Shown one piece after another: positions 1-9,683 of a stretch of 64,000 nucleotides of DNA. The position numbers and the translations under genes are program-made. Source of the DNA: Sphingomonadales bacterium (GTDB lineage Bacteria; Pseudomonadota; Alphaproteobacteria; Sphingomonadales; Sphingomonadaceae); assembly GCA_009993585.1 (NCBI GenBank), contig JAACTG010000114.1, forward strand, positions 8,372 to 72,371, given 5' to 3'. Under the pieces are notes generated by a model. The model worked only from the letters and a program-made list of their open reading frames with translations. It was not told the origin of the DNA and searched no databases. Numbering within the stretch: position 1 is the first letter of the stretch; the number at the start of each line of letters is the position of its first letter.

Positions 1-431
1 CCGAACTGGTGCGCAGCGGCAGCGACCCCGGCGCGCCGCTGGCAACCAGGCTTGAAAGCCGCGCGAACCTGCATTTCCGGCTCGTCGAGGTGGTGACGAT
101 GTTCCTGCTGCCGTTCCTTGCGCTGGCACTCGCGATCCCGCCCAAGCGATCGACCTCGGCGCTCGGCATATTCCTGTCGATCGTGATCATCGTGACCTAT
201 CACAAGGTCAATGAATATGCCGAAACGCTCGGGGCGCAGGGGAAGGTTGATCCCATCCTCGCCCTGTGGGTGCCGTTCGTCCTGTTCACGTGCCTGGTGC
301 TGTGGATGTACCGGACGATCGCCTTCGTCCCCGGCGGACAGCCGATCGGCGCGCTCGAACGCGTCGCCGCCAAGCTGGGCAAACGGCTGCGCACGTTGCT
401 GCGGCTGAAGCGCACGGCGTTGCAGCCATGA
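1..431 (+). CDS. lptF: LPS export ABC permease LptF, C-terminal fragment (5' end lies outside the window)
   Basis: The ORF runs off the left edge. It has a hydrophobic YjgP/YjgQ-type C-terminus. Its stop overlaps the start of an LptG-like paralog (ATGA at 428-431). Confidence 0.7.
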   Translation, partial: ELVRSGSDPGAPLATRLESRANLHFRLVEVVTMFLLPFLALALAIPPKRSTSALGIFLSIVIIVTYHKVNEYAETLGAQGKVDPILALWVPFVLFTCLVLWMYRTIAFVPGGQPIGALERVAAKLGKRLRTLLRLKRTALQP

Positions 432-1528
432 TCCAGCAGCTGCATTTCTTTCCCTCCAAAACGCTGGCGCTCTATGTCGGGCGCCTGTTCCTCGTGCGCA
501 CCTTTGCGATCCTGATCATGCTGGTGCTCGTCCTGCAGGCGCTCGATCTGCTCGGCGAATCGGGCAAGATCCTGGGCGTCGCGGGCAACGGGCAGGAGGA
601 TATCGTGCGCTATCTCGGTCTGCGCGTGCCGCAGATCATCTCCCGGTTCCTGCCCTTTTCGGTCCTGCTCGGGACGATCGTCACGCTCGCGACACTCAAC
701 CAGAACAGCGAGGTCGTCTCGATGAAGGGCGCGGGCATGTCGGCGCACCAGGTACTTGCCCCGCTGGTGCTCGCCAGCCTGCTCGTCGCGGCGCTGTCGT
801 TCACCTTCAACGAACGCGTCGTCACGCGCGCCAATACCGCGCTCGGCCAATGGCAGAAGGTGGATTACGGGCAGATTCCCAAGGACAGCAATATCAAGAC
901 CAACATCTGGGCGAAGGACGGCGAAAACCTGATTCGCGCGGGCGAGGTCGTCTTGCGGGGCGGCGGCGTCGAGCTGCGCGACGTGCGCGTCTTCGAACGC
1001 AGCGACAATGCGATGGTGGCCGAGATCACCGCCACCCGCGCGGTGCCGAGCGGCGATGGCTGGAGGATCGAGGGCGCGCGCCGGTTCGACCTGGCGACCG
1101 GCAAGGTCAGCGAGCTGGGCACTTATGTCGCAGGCAAGGGCATTTCGCCCGATCGCTTTACGATGGCGAGCGTCGATGGCGACGAAATGGCGTTCATGCC
1201 GCTCCGCGCGGCGATCGATCAGCTCGAAGCGGCGGGCCGTCCGACCGATGGGCTGCGCGCGGCGCTGTGGCACAAGATTTCGGGGCCGCTATCGGCGGTG
1301 CTGATGCCGTTGCTCGGCGCGGTCGCCGCCTTCGGCCTGGCGCGGTCGGGCCAGCTCGTGCTGCGCGCGGTGCTCGGCATGGCGCTCGGTTTCGCCTATT
1401 TCGTCGCCGACAATTTCGGCATCGCGATGGGCAATCTCGGCGTCTATCCGCCGCTGCTCGCCGCGTGGGGACCGTTCGTCCTGTTCTTCCTCATCGGCGA
1501 GGCGGTGCTCGTCCGCACCGAGGAATAG
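428..1528 (+). CDS. lptG: LPS export ABC permease LptG
   Basis: The N-terminus MIQQLHFFPSKTLALYVGRLF is typical of the YjgP/YjgQ permease family. The protein has multiple TM segments and is translationally coupled to lptF. The track ORF 266..1528 is an upstream over-extension. Confidence 0.8.
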   Translation: MIQQLHFFPSKTLALYVGRLFLVRTFAILIMLVLVLQALDLLGESGKILGVAGNGQEDIVRYLGLRVPQIISRFLPFSVLLGTIVTLATLNQNSEVVSMKGAGMSAHQVLAPLVLASLLVAALSFTFNERVVTRANTALGQWQKVDYGQIPKDSNIKTNIWAKDGENLIRAGEVVLRGGGVELRDVRVFERSDNAMVAEITATRAVPSGDGWRIEGARRFDLATGKVSELGTYVAGKGISPDRFTMASVDGDEMAFMPLRAAIDQLEAAGRPTDGLRAALWHKISGPLSAVLMPLLGAVAAFGLARSGQLVLRAVLGMALGFAYFVADNFGIAMGNLGVYPPLLAAWGPFVLFFLIGEAVLVRTEE

Positions 1529-1536
1529 GGCACGCG

Positions 1537-2649
1537 TCAGTTGCGCGGCGTGCGATCGCCCCGCGAACTGCGCACCAGTCCCGCTACCAATACACGCAGC
1601 GACGCATGGTTGGCGCGGTAATAGCTCGATTCCTCCGGTAGCGCGGCGGCCAGGCGGCGATGGGCCTCGCCCAGCGCATGATAGGGCAGCCCCGGCAGTA
1701 GGTGATGGAGCGCGTGATAGCGCAGCCCGACGGGCGCCCACAGCGCCGGCAGCGTCGCCGGCGGCGGCACGTTGACGCTGTCGAGATATTGCGCGGTGAC
1801 GCTCATCGCCTCGCCGTCATTCTCCCACAGATGCGCGACCAAGGTTCGCACCTGGTTGATGACGACCGATCCCGACATCACGCCGAGAAAAATCAGGAAG
1901 GCGCGCAGCGGCACGATGCCCGTCGCGGTCATCGTCAGCAGCGCGATCGCCCAGGCGCTCGCGGCGAGTTCCTGCGCGAGCCATTGCCGCTTGAGCGCGC
2001 CATCGGCGGCGCGGCGGCGGAACACCGGGTTGATGACCAGCCCCGAATAGCGTTCGACGACGATCCGGCGCAGCGGCGGGATCAGAAACGACAACGGCGT
2101 CAGCACGGCGAAGCGGAACAACAGCGCGATCGGCGCGAGCGCGGCGACGACGACGAACAGCGGCACCGTCCACGGCTTCATCAGCGCGAGCGGGAGATAT
2201 TCGGGGTCCTCGACGGTGCCATAGCGGGTCCGCGCATGGTGCAGGTTGTGCACGCCCTCGTACATGAACGATGGCAGCAGCAGGGGCACGCCGACCAGCG
2301 CGTTCCAGCCGAAGCGGAAGCCCGGCACCGCGCTATGCTTGATATGGGTCAGCTCGTGAATGAAACTGCCGGCGCGATAGAGGCCGAGGATCGCGACGAT
2401 CATCGCCGCGATCATCCAGCCGCTCGACGGCGCCAGGATAGCGGCGGCGAGGGCGCCATAGCCGACGACGACCGAGGCGATCAGATCGGCCCAGTAAATG
2501 GCGGGCTTGGCCTGGTTGAGATCGCGCGTGACCGTCGCCGCGGCGCGGATCAGCACCTTGTCGTCGGCGACCGCCGCGCGCGCGGGCGCGCCGGCGGACA
2601 CGGCACCGGTGACGGAAGTATCGCGATCGAGGGAGAGGCTATGAGTCAT
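1537..2649 (-). CDS. Membrane fatty-acid desaturase family protein
   Basis: Three histidine boxes are present: HELTH, HNLHH and HALHH. There are TM segments. ATG at 2649 is preceded by GAAGG 5 nt upstream; the track start at 2655 is a GTG. Confidence 0.8.
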   Translation of the reverse strand: MTHSLSLDRDTSVTGAVSAGAPARAAVADDKVLIRAAATVTRDLNQAKPAIYWADLIASVVVGYGALAAAILAPSSGWMIAAMIVAILGLYRAGSFIHELTHIKHSAVPGFRFGWNALVGVPLLLPSFMYEGVHNLHHARTRYGTVEDPEYLPLALMKPWTVPLFVVVAALAPIALLFRFAVLTPLSFLIPPLRRIVVERYSGLVINPVFRRRAADGALKRQWLAQELAASAWAIALLTMTATGIVPLRAFLIFLGVMSGSVVINQVRTLVAHLWENDGEAMSVTAQYLDSVNVPPPATLPALWAPVGLRYHALHHLLPGLPYHALGEAHRRLAAALPEESSYYRANHASLRVLVAGLVRSSRGDRTPRN

Positions 2650-2798
2650 AAACACCTTCGTTTGTGCAGCGCACCATTATCCGCATAAAGGTGGCGACAT
2701 CATGGCATGGCGGTGGCGGCGACCGCGCCACCGGTTGACAAATCGGCCCGTCGCGCGCCACTGCGGCAGCGTCGCCAATCGTCCCGGAACGTCCCTTA

Positions 2799-3956
2799 AT
2801 GGCCGAAAATACGCTGATCCTCCATCCCGTCCGAACCAAGTCTGAACGGCGCGAGTTCGTCCAGCTGGCCTATCGCCTCAATCGCGGCGATCCCAATTGG
2901 GTTCCGCCGCTGAGGAACGAGATGGCGGGATTGATCGATCCAAGCGAAAATCCCTGGTTCGGCCATGGCGAGGCGCAATTGTTCATCGCCCTGCGCGACG
3001 GCCGCTGCGTCGGCCGCATTTCGGCGCATATCGACGCGCTCGCGCTCGCCCAGCCGCCAGAGAACGGGTTCGGGCCGGGTACCGGCAGCTGGGGCCTGAT
3101 GGAAGCCGAGGACGAGACGACGGCGCACGCGCTGATCGCCCGCGCCGAGGACTGGCTGCGCGACCACGGCACGACGCGGATCGTCGGTCCGCTCAGCATC
3201 TCGGTATGGGACGAACCGGGCCTGCTGACCTTCGGTTTCGATCATCCGCCGACGGTGATGATGGGACATCACCGGCCCGAATATCAGGCCTGGATCGAGG
3301 CGGCTGGCTATCACCCGGTCAAGTTGCTCAAGACCTGGGAGCTCGACATCACCAAGCCGTTCCCGCCGCTGGTCCGGCGGATCATCGCGGCGGGCGAACG
3401 CAACGATCGTATCGCCATCCGCACCGTCGACAAATCGCGGTTCGATGAAGAGGCGGCGCTGATCCTCGGCATCCTCAACGATGCCTGGTCGGACAATTGG
3501 GGTTTCGTGCCGCTGACCGATCGCGAAATCGCCTATGCCGGCAAGAAGCTGAAGGCGATCGTCTATGCCGATCTCGTGCGCATCGCCGAATATGACGGCG
3601 AACCCGTCGCCTTCATGATCACGCTGCCCGATCTCAACGAGAAGCTGATCGACATGGACGGCAGCCTGTTTCCGTTCGGCTGGGCACGGCTGCTGTGGTG
3701 GCTGCGCAAGCCCAGTGTGCGTAACGTGCGCGTGCCGCTGATGGGGGTGGTCAAGCGGCTCCAGGGGTCGCGCATGGCGAGCCAGCTCGCACTGATCCTG
3801 ATCGACCAGATCAAGCAGGCTGCGGTCGCCAGATACGGCGCCTCGCGCGGCGAGATCGGTTGGATCCTCGAGGATAATCAGGGCATGAACGCGATCGCCG
3901 AAACGCTCGAATGCCGGGTCAACAAGATCTACACGCTCTACGAAAAGACGCTTTAG
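2799..3956 (+). CDS. Conserved hypothetical protein, probably a GNAT-fold acyltransferase-like protein
   Basis: 385-aa ORF with genome-typical coding composition. The N-terminal motif PNWVPPLRNE...NPWFGHG...RISAHID recalls an alphaproteobacterial N-acetyltransferase-like family, assigned from memory only. Confidence 0.55.
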   Translation: MAENTLILHPVRTKSERREFVQLAYRLNRGDPNWVPPLRNEMAGLIDPSENPWFGHGEAQLFIALRDGRCVGRISAHIDALALAQPPENGFGPGTGSWGLMEAEDETTAHALIARAEDWLRDHGTTRIVGPLSISVWDEPGLLTFGFDHPPTVMMGHHRPEYQAWIEAAGYHPVKLLKTWELDITKPFPPLVRRIIAAGERNDRIAIRTVDKSRFDEEAALILGILNDAWSDNWGFVPLTDREIAYAGKKLKAIVYADLVRIAEYDGEPVAFMITLPDLNEKLIDMDGSLFPFGWARLLWWLRKPSVRNVRVPLMGVVKRLQGSRMASQLALILIDQIKQAAVARYGASRGEIGWILEDNQGMNAIAETLECRVNKIYTLYEKTL

Positions 3957-4726
3957 CGTAGTTCCACCCAGACCGGCGCATGGTCGCTGGCCTTTTCGCG
4001 CCCGCGATAGGCCTTGTCGACCTGGGCGTCGGTCATGCGGTCGGCGGCCTGCGGCGACAGCAGCATATGGTCGATGCGAAATCCGGCATCGCGCGGCCAG
4101 GCACCCGCCTGGTAATCCCAATAGGTCCAGACGCCGCCCGCGGGGTAGCGCAGCCGCAGCGCGTCGGTCCAGCCGTCGCCGAGCATGCGCGCATAGGCGG
4201 CGCGCGATTGCGGCTGCATCAACGCGTCGTCGGCCATCGCCGCGACGCTGTAGGTGTCGTCGTCATAGGGGATGACGTTGTAATCGCCGATCATCAGCGC
4301 GGGGACTTCCTCGGCCAGGATCTCCCGTCCGCGCTGGCGCAGCCGCTCCATCCAGCGCAGCTTGTAATCGAATTTGGGGCCGGGCTGCGGATTGCCGTTG
4401 GGCAGATAGATCGACGCGACGCGCACGCCCATCACGTCGGCCTCGAGATAGCGGCTGTGGTCGTCTTCGGTCTCGCCCTCCAGCCCGCGCCGGACCTCGA
4501 CCGGCTTGTCGTCGCCGCGCGCGAGGATGGCGACGCCGTTGAAGCCCTTTTGACCGTGCCAGATCGCCTGATAGCCGATGTCGGTGAAGGCGCTCTCTGG
4601 AAAGCCCTCGTCGGCGGTCTTGATCTCCTGCAGGCAGGCGATGTCCGGCCGGGTTTCCTCGAGCCATTCGATCAGACGCGGCAGCCGCGCCTTGATCCCG
4701 TTGATGTTGAAACTGGCGATCCGCAT
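3953..4726 (-). CDS. xthA: Exodeoxyribonuclease III
   Basis: MRIASFNINGIKARL...CLQEIK and the C-terminal SDHAPV motif are typical of the ExoIII/APE1 family. Confidence 0.9.
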   Translation of the reverse strand: MRIASFNINGIKARLPRLIEWLEETRPDIACLQEIKTADEGFPESAFTDIGYQAIWHGQKGFNGVAILARGDDKPVEVRRGLEGETEDDHSRYLEADVMGVRVASIYLPNGNPQPGPKFDYKLRWMERLRQRGREILAEEVPALMIGDYNVIPYDDDTYSVAAMADDALMQPQSRAAYARMLGDGWTDALRLRYPAGGVWTYWDYQAGAWPRDAGFRIDHMLLSPQAADRMTDAQVDKAYRGREKASDHAPVWVELR

Positions 4727-4791
4727 GGGTCGTGCCTAGGCGGCGGGGGCCGTGTAATCAATCGCCAAGCTGCCAAGGGCTGGGTGGCGCC

Positions 4792-5139
4792 TCAGACCGA
4801 AAAGCTCGATCCGCAGCCGCAACCGGCGGCGGCATTGGGATTGGTCACCCGGAACGACGCGCCGCCCAGGTTCTCGACATAATCGACGACCGATCCCTTG
4901 AGCAGGTCGAGGCTGATCGCATCGATCGCGAGCCGGGCATCGCCGGTCTCGCTGACGTTGTCGTCCTCGTCCGGGGCGTCGGCGAGCTCGAACTTATAGG
5001 TGAAGCCCGAACAGCCGCCGCCTTCGACCGACAGGCGCAGCAGCGCCGGCTTGCCCTGCTTGGCGGCGATTGCGGCGATCCGCGCTGCGGCGGATTCGCT
5101 CAGCATGACGGTTGCGGAAGGGGGCGCGGCGGTGTTCAC
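4792..5139 (-). CDS. erpA: Iron-sulfur cluster insertion protein, HesB/IscA/ErpA family
   Basis: Contains GGGCSGFTYKF and the C-terminal CGCGSSF cysteine motif. The start is GTG at 5139, or alternatively ATG at 5106. Confidence 0.85.
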   Translation of the reverse strand: MNTAAPPSATVMLSESAAARIAAIAAKQGKPALLRLSVEGGGCSGFTYKFELADAPDEDDNVSETGDARLAIDAISLDLLKGSVVDYVENLGGASFRVTNPNAAAGCGCGSSFSV

Positions 5140-5193
5140 ACGCGCGAGATAGGAGGTCGCCCGGTCGCGGGCAAGGGAGGCTTTGGAATTGGC

Positions 5194-5952
5194 TCAGTCG
5201 TTCGACGGGCCGCCGACGGCGCTTTCGTCGCGCGCGGCGAGCATGATGTCGCGCGGCGGAACGAACGAGAGCGGGTTCACGGCATCGCCGTCGATCCGCA
5301 CTTCGTAATGGAGATGGCTGCCGGTCGAACGGCCGGTCGAACCCATGAAGCCGATGATCTGGCCCTTGCGGACGCGGTCGCCGGCCTGGACGTTGAGGCG
5401 CGACATGTGGCCGTAGCGCGTTTCGATCGAATTGCCGTGGGCGATCTGGATGAAGTTGCCGTAACCGCCGAACCATTCGGCCTTGGCAATGATGCCGTCG
5501 GCGGTGGCATAGATCGGGGTGCCGATGGCACCGGGAATGTCGATGCCCTTGTGCGCCTTGGCGCGGCCGGTGAACGGATCCGAGCGCGTTCCGAAGTGCG
5601 AGGTCAGGCGCATCGCGGCGACCGGCTCGAGCGAGGGAATGGCGATCGTCGCGGCGACCGGCTGAACGCCGTCCATGCGTTCCCAAGCGTTGAACAGGCG
5701 TTCGTATTTCTGGTCGGGGGCGCTTTCCTTGAGGCGGGCGGCGGCGGCGGTAAACGATGCGGCGAGGATGGTATCGGAAGCGTCGACGGCGTTGGCACTG
5801 TCATCGGCCAGGGCGGGGCTGGCGGCTCCGGTCAGCAACGAAAAAATTGCGACAGCGCGGAACCATTTTTTGATGAAGATGTTCACTAACCCAATACCCC
5901 ATAACTTGCCCGTTGCGGCAGGACCGGATCCTGCGGGCTCCTCGATCATCAT
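5194..5952 (-). CDS. M23 family metallopeptidase (exported)
   Basis: Contains HKGIDI...GTPIYA...HGNSIETRYGHM...GSTGRSTGSHLHYEV (LytM/M23 motifs) and the signal-like segment KKWFRAVAIFSLLTGAASPALA. The start is ambiguous (5997, 5952 or GTG 5886). Confidence 0.8.
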   Translation of the reverse strand: MMIEEPAGSGPAATGKLWGIGLVNIFIKKWFRAVAIFSLLTGAASPALADDSANAVDASDTILAASFTAAAARLKESAPDQKYERLFNAWERMDGVQPVAATIAIPSLEPVAAMRLTSHFGTRSDPFTGRAKAHKGIDIPGAIGTPIYATADGIIAKAEWFGGYGNFIQIAHGNSIETRYGHMSRLNVQAGDRVRKGQIIGFMGSTGRSTGSHLHYEVRIDGDAVNPLSFVPPRDIMLAARDESAVGGPSND

Positions 5953-6154
5953 GGGCGAATATTTTCGTCCCCGCTCGCCGTCGGTTGTGCGGGGCAATGG
6001 TCAAGCTGGCAACCAACGCCGGCCATTCTTGCGTTCAGTTGCAACATGTGTGCGTTGAATGGATGAAAACGCGCTTCGTCGTCGGGCCGAGAGCCACCGA
6101 ACTCCCTAACAAAGCGTAAAAACAGCGCGCTGCCGCATGGGCGATTCAGCGCGG

Positions 6155-6616
6155 CTAGGACAAAGCTCGTACTGCCTCGATGACGGCGTCGGCATGGCCC
6201 TTGACGCGAACCTTGCGCCATTCGCGGGCGAGGTTCCCCTGCGCGTCGAAGAGGAAAGTCGCGCGTTCGATCCCCATATATTTGCGTCCGTAGAGCGATT
6301 TTTCGACCCAGGTGCCGAATGCTTCGCAGGCGCGGCCGTCTTCGTCGGACAACAGGCGCACCGACAGGTCGTGTTTGGCGGAAAATTTCGCGTGTTTGGC
6401 GACAGTATCGCGCGAGATGCCGATGACGGTTGCGCCTTCCGCCCCGAAGGCTTCGGCGAGTGCGCTGAAATCCTTGGCTTCGGTAGTGCAGCCGGGGGTA
6501 TCGTCCTTGGGGTAGAAATACACCACCAGCTTTCGCCCCTTGAACGAGGTGAGATGCTGGGGTTCGCCGCTGGCGTCGGGCAGGGCGATGGCGGGAATCG
6601 GTGCGCCGGTTTGCAT
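6155..6616 (-). CDS. bcp: Thioredoxin-dependent peroxiredoxin Bcp
   Basis: Contains the peroxidatic Cys motif FYPKDDTPGCTTEA. ATG at 6616 lies 4 nt after the glnE stop. The track ORF to 6709 is an over-extension. Confidence 0.9.
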   Translation of the reverse strand: MQTGAPIPAIALPDASGEPQHLTSFKGRKLVVYFYPKDDTPGCTTEAKDFSALAEAFGAEGATVIGISRDTVAKHAKFSAKHDLSVRLLSDEDGRACEAFGTWVEKSLYGRKYMGIERATFLFDAQGNLAREWRKVRVKGHADAVIEAVRALS

Positions 6617-6620
6617 CAGG

Positions 6621-9329
6621 TCAGTCTCCTTCGATTTTCGCAGCTTCGGTCTCGCCGACCTCGGCCCACCAGTCGGCCACCAATTGCCGGGCGGCGCGAT
6701 ACTGCGCAACCAGCGTGTCCCAGTCGTCGACGCGGCAGGCGCGCGCGATCAGGGTGCGGCGCGCGGCATTGGGCGCAATCAACCCGGGCGCGACAAGGCG
6801 TAACGTCACGAGCAGCCGGGTGAGGAAATCGTGCGCCCGGGGCATGTCGGCGGGGGCGAGCCCGGCCTGCGCAAGTGCTTGAACGGCGGCTTGAAGATCG
6901 GGGTCGAGTCCTCGCCGTTCGGCCAACTGGGTTACGTGCACCGCGAATTCGAGATCGACGAGGCCGCCGGGGACGAGCTTGGCGTCGAACGGGCCGCGGG
7001 GAGGCTTTGCGGCGGCGATATCGCGACGCATCTTGACCGCATCGGCGATCAGCGTGGCGCGATCGCGCGGGCGCGACAGGATCGCGTGGATTGCGCTGTC
7101 GATCGCGTCGCGCGCGGCGTCCGATCCATATACGGTGCGCGCGCGCGTCAGCGACATATGCTCCCACGTCCAGGCATTGCCGCTTTGATAGTCCAGGAAA
7201 CTGTCGACCGAGACCGATAGCGGCCCCTGTTCGCCCGAGGGCCGCAGGCGCACGTCGACATCGTAAAGGCCGCCGGTCGCGGTCGGAACCGACAGGGCGG
7301 CGATGATGCGCTGCGCCAGGCGATTATAATAGCGCGTCGCACCGAGCGGGCGAGGCCCGTCGGACTGTGCCGAAAACGTCCCGGTGAACAAGAAGATGAG
7401 GTCGAGGTCGCTGGCGTGGGTCAGCGCCCCGCCGCCGAAGCGGCCGAGCGCGAGGATCGCCAGCTCGCTGTCGGCGATCAGGCCATGTGCGCGGCGGTGT
7501 TCGGCGATCGCCGTGTCGGCGAGCAGTCGCACCGCCTGTTCCGCAATCGCGGCATAATCGTGCGCGGCATCGATCGGATCGCAGCCGTCGATCAGCCGGG
7601 TGCCGGTGGCGAAGCGATATTCGCCGACGACCGCGCGGACCCGGTCGAGTACGGTTTCGTAATCGGGCGCGCCCGCCGCCCAGGCGAGGCGCGCGGCGAG
7701 CTCTTGGGGGGCGAGCCGGTCGCCCGCGACATGGCGATCGATCAGCCCGTCGAGCAGGTCGCTGCGCTTGCCAAGGTCGTGCGCCAGCGCCGGCGCGAAC
7801 GAGAGGATGTCGGTCAGCACCTCCAGCACGCGCGGACGTGCGTCGAGCAGGCGGAACAGGTTGAGCGAGCTCGGCACCTTGGCGAGCACCGCGTCGAGAC
7901 CGAGCAGCGCGGCGTCGGGATCGGGCGCTTCGGCGAGGCGGCCGACGATATCGTCGAGCATCGTTTCAAGCGCATCCTGCGCCGCGCGGCTGCGCAGTGA
8001 AGGATAGCGACCCGATCGCCAGCTTTCGACGATCCGTCGCGCCTTATCGATGTCGGCGAAGCCCGCGTCGTCGAAATGATCGGCCAGCGTCGCGGGCGCG
8101 GCTGGCAGGCGGCGATAGTCGTCGGGTTCGATCAACCGGTCGTAAATCGTGCCGATCGCCTCGACCGGTTCCGCGAGCGCCGCGATGAGGCCATCGCCGT
8201 CCTCGATGCCGTGCAACCGTGCGACCCGGTCGAGCGCGGCGGCCCGATGGGGCAGGCTGTGCGTCTGGCGGTCGTCGATCATCTGCACGCGATGTTCGAT
8301 CGTGCGCAACAGCCGATAGCCGTTCGCGAGCACATCGGCCTCGTCGCGCGAAACGATCCCCGCGCCGGCAAGCGCGTCGAGCGCGGGGACTGTCGCGGGC
8401 TGGCGCAATGCCGGCTGGCGTCCGCCATGAATCAGCTGGTGCGTCTGCGCGAAAAACTCGACCTCGCGGATACCGCCGCGCCCCCGTTTGAGGTCATAGC
8501 CCGGGCCGAATGCCTGGCCCGAGGCGTAATGATCGCGAATCCGGCTGCTCACGTCGCCGATCGCGCGAATCTGGCCGAAATCGAGCGCACGGCGCCATAT
8601 GAACGGCTGGATCGTAGCCAGGAAGTCGCCGCCAAGTCGAGCATCGCCGGCGGCGGCGCGGGCGCGGATGAACGCTGCCCTCTCCCACGCCAGCGCCTGC
8701 GATTCATAATGCGAAATCGCCGCGTCGACGGGCAGCGCGATCGGCGTGATATCGGGGGTCGGCCGCAGTCTCAGGTCGACGCGAAAGACGCGCCCATGCT
8801 CGGTCTGTGCGCCGATGACATCGACCAGTTCGCGCGCCAGGCGCTGCGCGCCCTGCGCCGGTTCGTCGCGCGCGCGGCGCGGTACGCGGTCGGGGTCGTA
8901 GATGAGGATGAGGTCGATATCGGACGAATAATTGAGCTCGCGGCTGCCCAGCTTGCCGAGCGCAATGACCGCGAACCCGTCGCGCGACGGCGATCCGGCG
9001 ATCTTTTCGCTGCACCAGGAAAGCGCGGTATCGAGCGCGGCGTCGGCGAAGTCGCTGAGCGCCGCCGTGACCCGTTCGAGCGTCAGTTCGCCGGCAAGAT
9101 CGCCCAGCGCAACGGCGAGCGCGAGGCGTTGGCGACGGAGGCGCAGATCGACCGGGACAGGACCGGGGGTCGCATTGGCCTCGCTCTTGTCGGCGGCGAT
9201 GAGAGGGGCCGCGCCGTGAGCGAGAAAGGCGTCGACGAGGTCGCCGTGGCGCCGGATCAGCCCGGCAAGAAACGGCGCATGGCGGCTGGCCCTTTCGAGG
9301 GCGTCAAGGCGCGGATCGTCCATCAGCAT
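6621..9329 (-). CDS. glnE: Bifunctional glutamine synthetase adenylyltransferase / adenylyl-removing enzyme
   Basis: About 900 aa with two nucleotidyltransferase repeats (GKLGSRELNYSSDIDLI and GRFGGGALTHASDLDLIF). The start is probably M19 (9329); the track start is 9383. Confidence 0.9.
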   Translation of the reverse strand: MLMDDPRLDALERASRHAPFLAGLIRRHGDLVDAFLAHGAAPLIAADKSEANATPGPVPVDLRLRRQRLALAVALGDLAGELTLERVTAALSDFADAALDTALSWCSEKIAGSPSRDGFAVIALGKLGSRELNYSSDIDLILIYDPDRVPRRARDEPAQGAQRLARELVDVIGAQTEHGRVFRVDLRLRPTPDITPIALPVDAAISHYESQALAWERAAFIRARAAAGDARLGGDFLATIQPFIWRRALDFGQIRAIGDVSSRIRDHYASGQAFGPGYDLKRGRGGIREVEFFAQTHQLIHGGRQPALRQPATVPALDALAGAGIVSRDEADVLANGYRLLRTIEHRVQMIDDRQTHSLPHRAAALDRVARLHGIEDGDGLIAALAEPVEAIGTIYDRLIEPDDYRRLPAAPATLADHFDDAGFADIDKARRIVESWRSGRYPSLRSRAAQDALETMLDDIVGRLAEAPDPDAALLGLDAVLAKVPSSLNLFRLLDARPRVLEVLTDILSFAPALAHDLGKRSDLLDGLIDRHVAGDRLAPQELAARLAWAAGAPDYETVLDRVRAVVGEYRFATGTRLIDGCDPIDAAHDYAAIAEQAVRLLADTAIAEHRRAHGLIADSELAILALGRFGGGALTHASDLDLIFLFTGTFSAQSDGPRPLGATRYYNRLAQRIIAALSVPTATGGLYDVDVRLRPSGEQGPLSVSVDSFLDYQSGNAWTWEHMSLTRARTVYGSDAARDAIDSAIHAILSRPRDRATLIADAVKMRRDIAAAKPPRGPFDAKLVPGGLVDLEFAVHVTQLAERRGLDPDLQAAVQALAQAGLAPADMPRAHDFLTRLLVTLRLVAPGLIAPNAARRTLIARACRVDDWDTLVAQYRAARQLVADWWAEVGETEAAKIEGD

Positions 9330-9473
9330 CGGCTGTAGGGCGCCCGTCGCGCAGAAACAATTTTTGTGTCGCGACTCGCCCAATTGCAGGCGAAGACGAT
9401 GTGCAATGATCGAAAAGGGGCAGGAAAAGGCCGCTGTTCGGCAACCGTGCGGGCGATGATGCGTTATAAGGTT

Positions 9474-9659
9474 ATGGTTAGTCCTAGTGCAACGATCCCC
9501 GGCTCAGCCGATTTCCGTCCGAAGGTGCCGCGCTATGTCGCATTGCCCTCGCGCCAGGACGGCATTTCGCGTGCCTTGCGCAAGACCTTCGGTCGCGGAA
9601 CGGACCTGCCGACCGACATTGCCGATCTGATCGAGCGGCTGAAGCGAATCGACCGCTGA
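9474..9659 (+). CDS. NepR-like small protein (candidate second anti-sigma factor)
   Basis: The C-terminus ISRALRKTFGRGTDLPTDIADLIERLKRI follows the NepR pattern L-R-x-x-[YF]-x4-5-[LI]-P-x-[DE]-x3-L-[LI]-x2-L. It converges on ecfG. The start is uncertain (in-frame candidates at 9366, 9399, 9456 and 9474). Confidence 0.45.
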   Translation: MVSPSATIPGSADFRPKVPRYVALPSRQDGISRALRKTFGRGTDLPTDIADLIERLKRIDR

Positions 9660-9683
9660 TGCGATGCAAGGGCCAATACGCCG

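Noticed and set aside
200-1273. Long antisense or alternative-frame ORFs throughout the track. Examples: 200-1273(-), 1702-2688(+), 2796-4121(-), 3980-4882(+), 4732-5889(+), 8076-9338(+), 11606-13402(-), 13498-14685(+), 15620-17035(+), 16506-17879(+), 17528-18793(+), 23954-25786(-), 29250-30791(+), 30532-32133(+), 33952-35400(-), 36185-37621(+), 38292-39554(+), 40065-41741(+), 42179-43222(+), 43771-44721(+), 49770-51092(+), 51828-53018(-), 53034-54203(-), 55974-57293(+), 62139-63134(-).
   Set aside because: Their products are Arg/Ala/Gly/Asp/Pro-rich and low in complexity, with no recognisable motifs. Each lies opposite or out of frame with a gene that has clear family signatures. Such shadow ORFs are expected in ~65% GC DNA because stop codons are rare.
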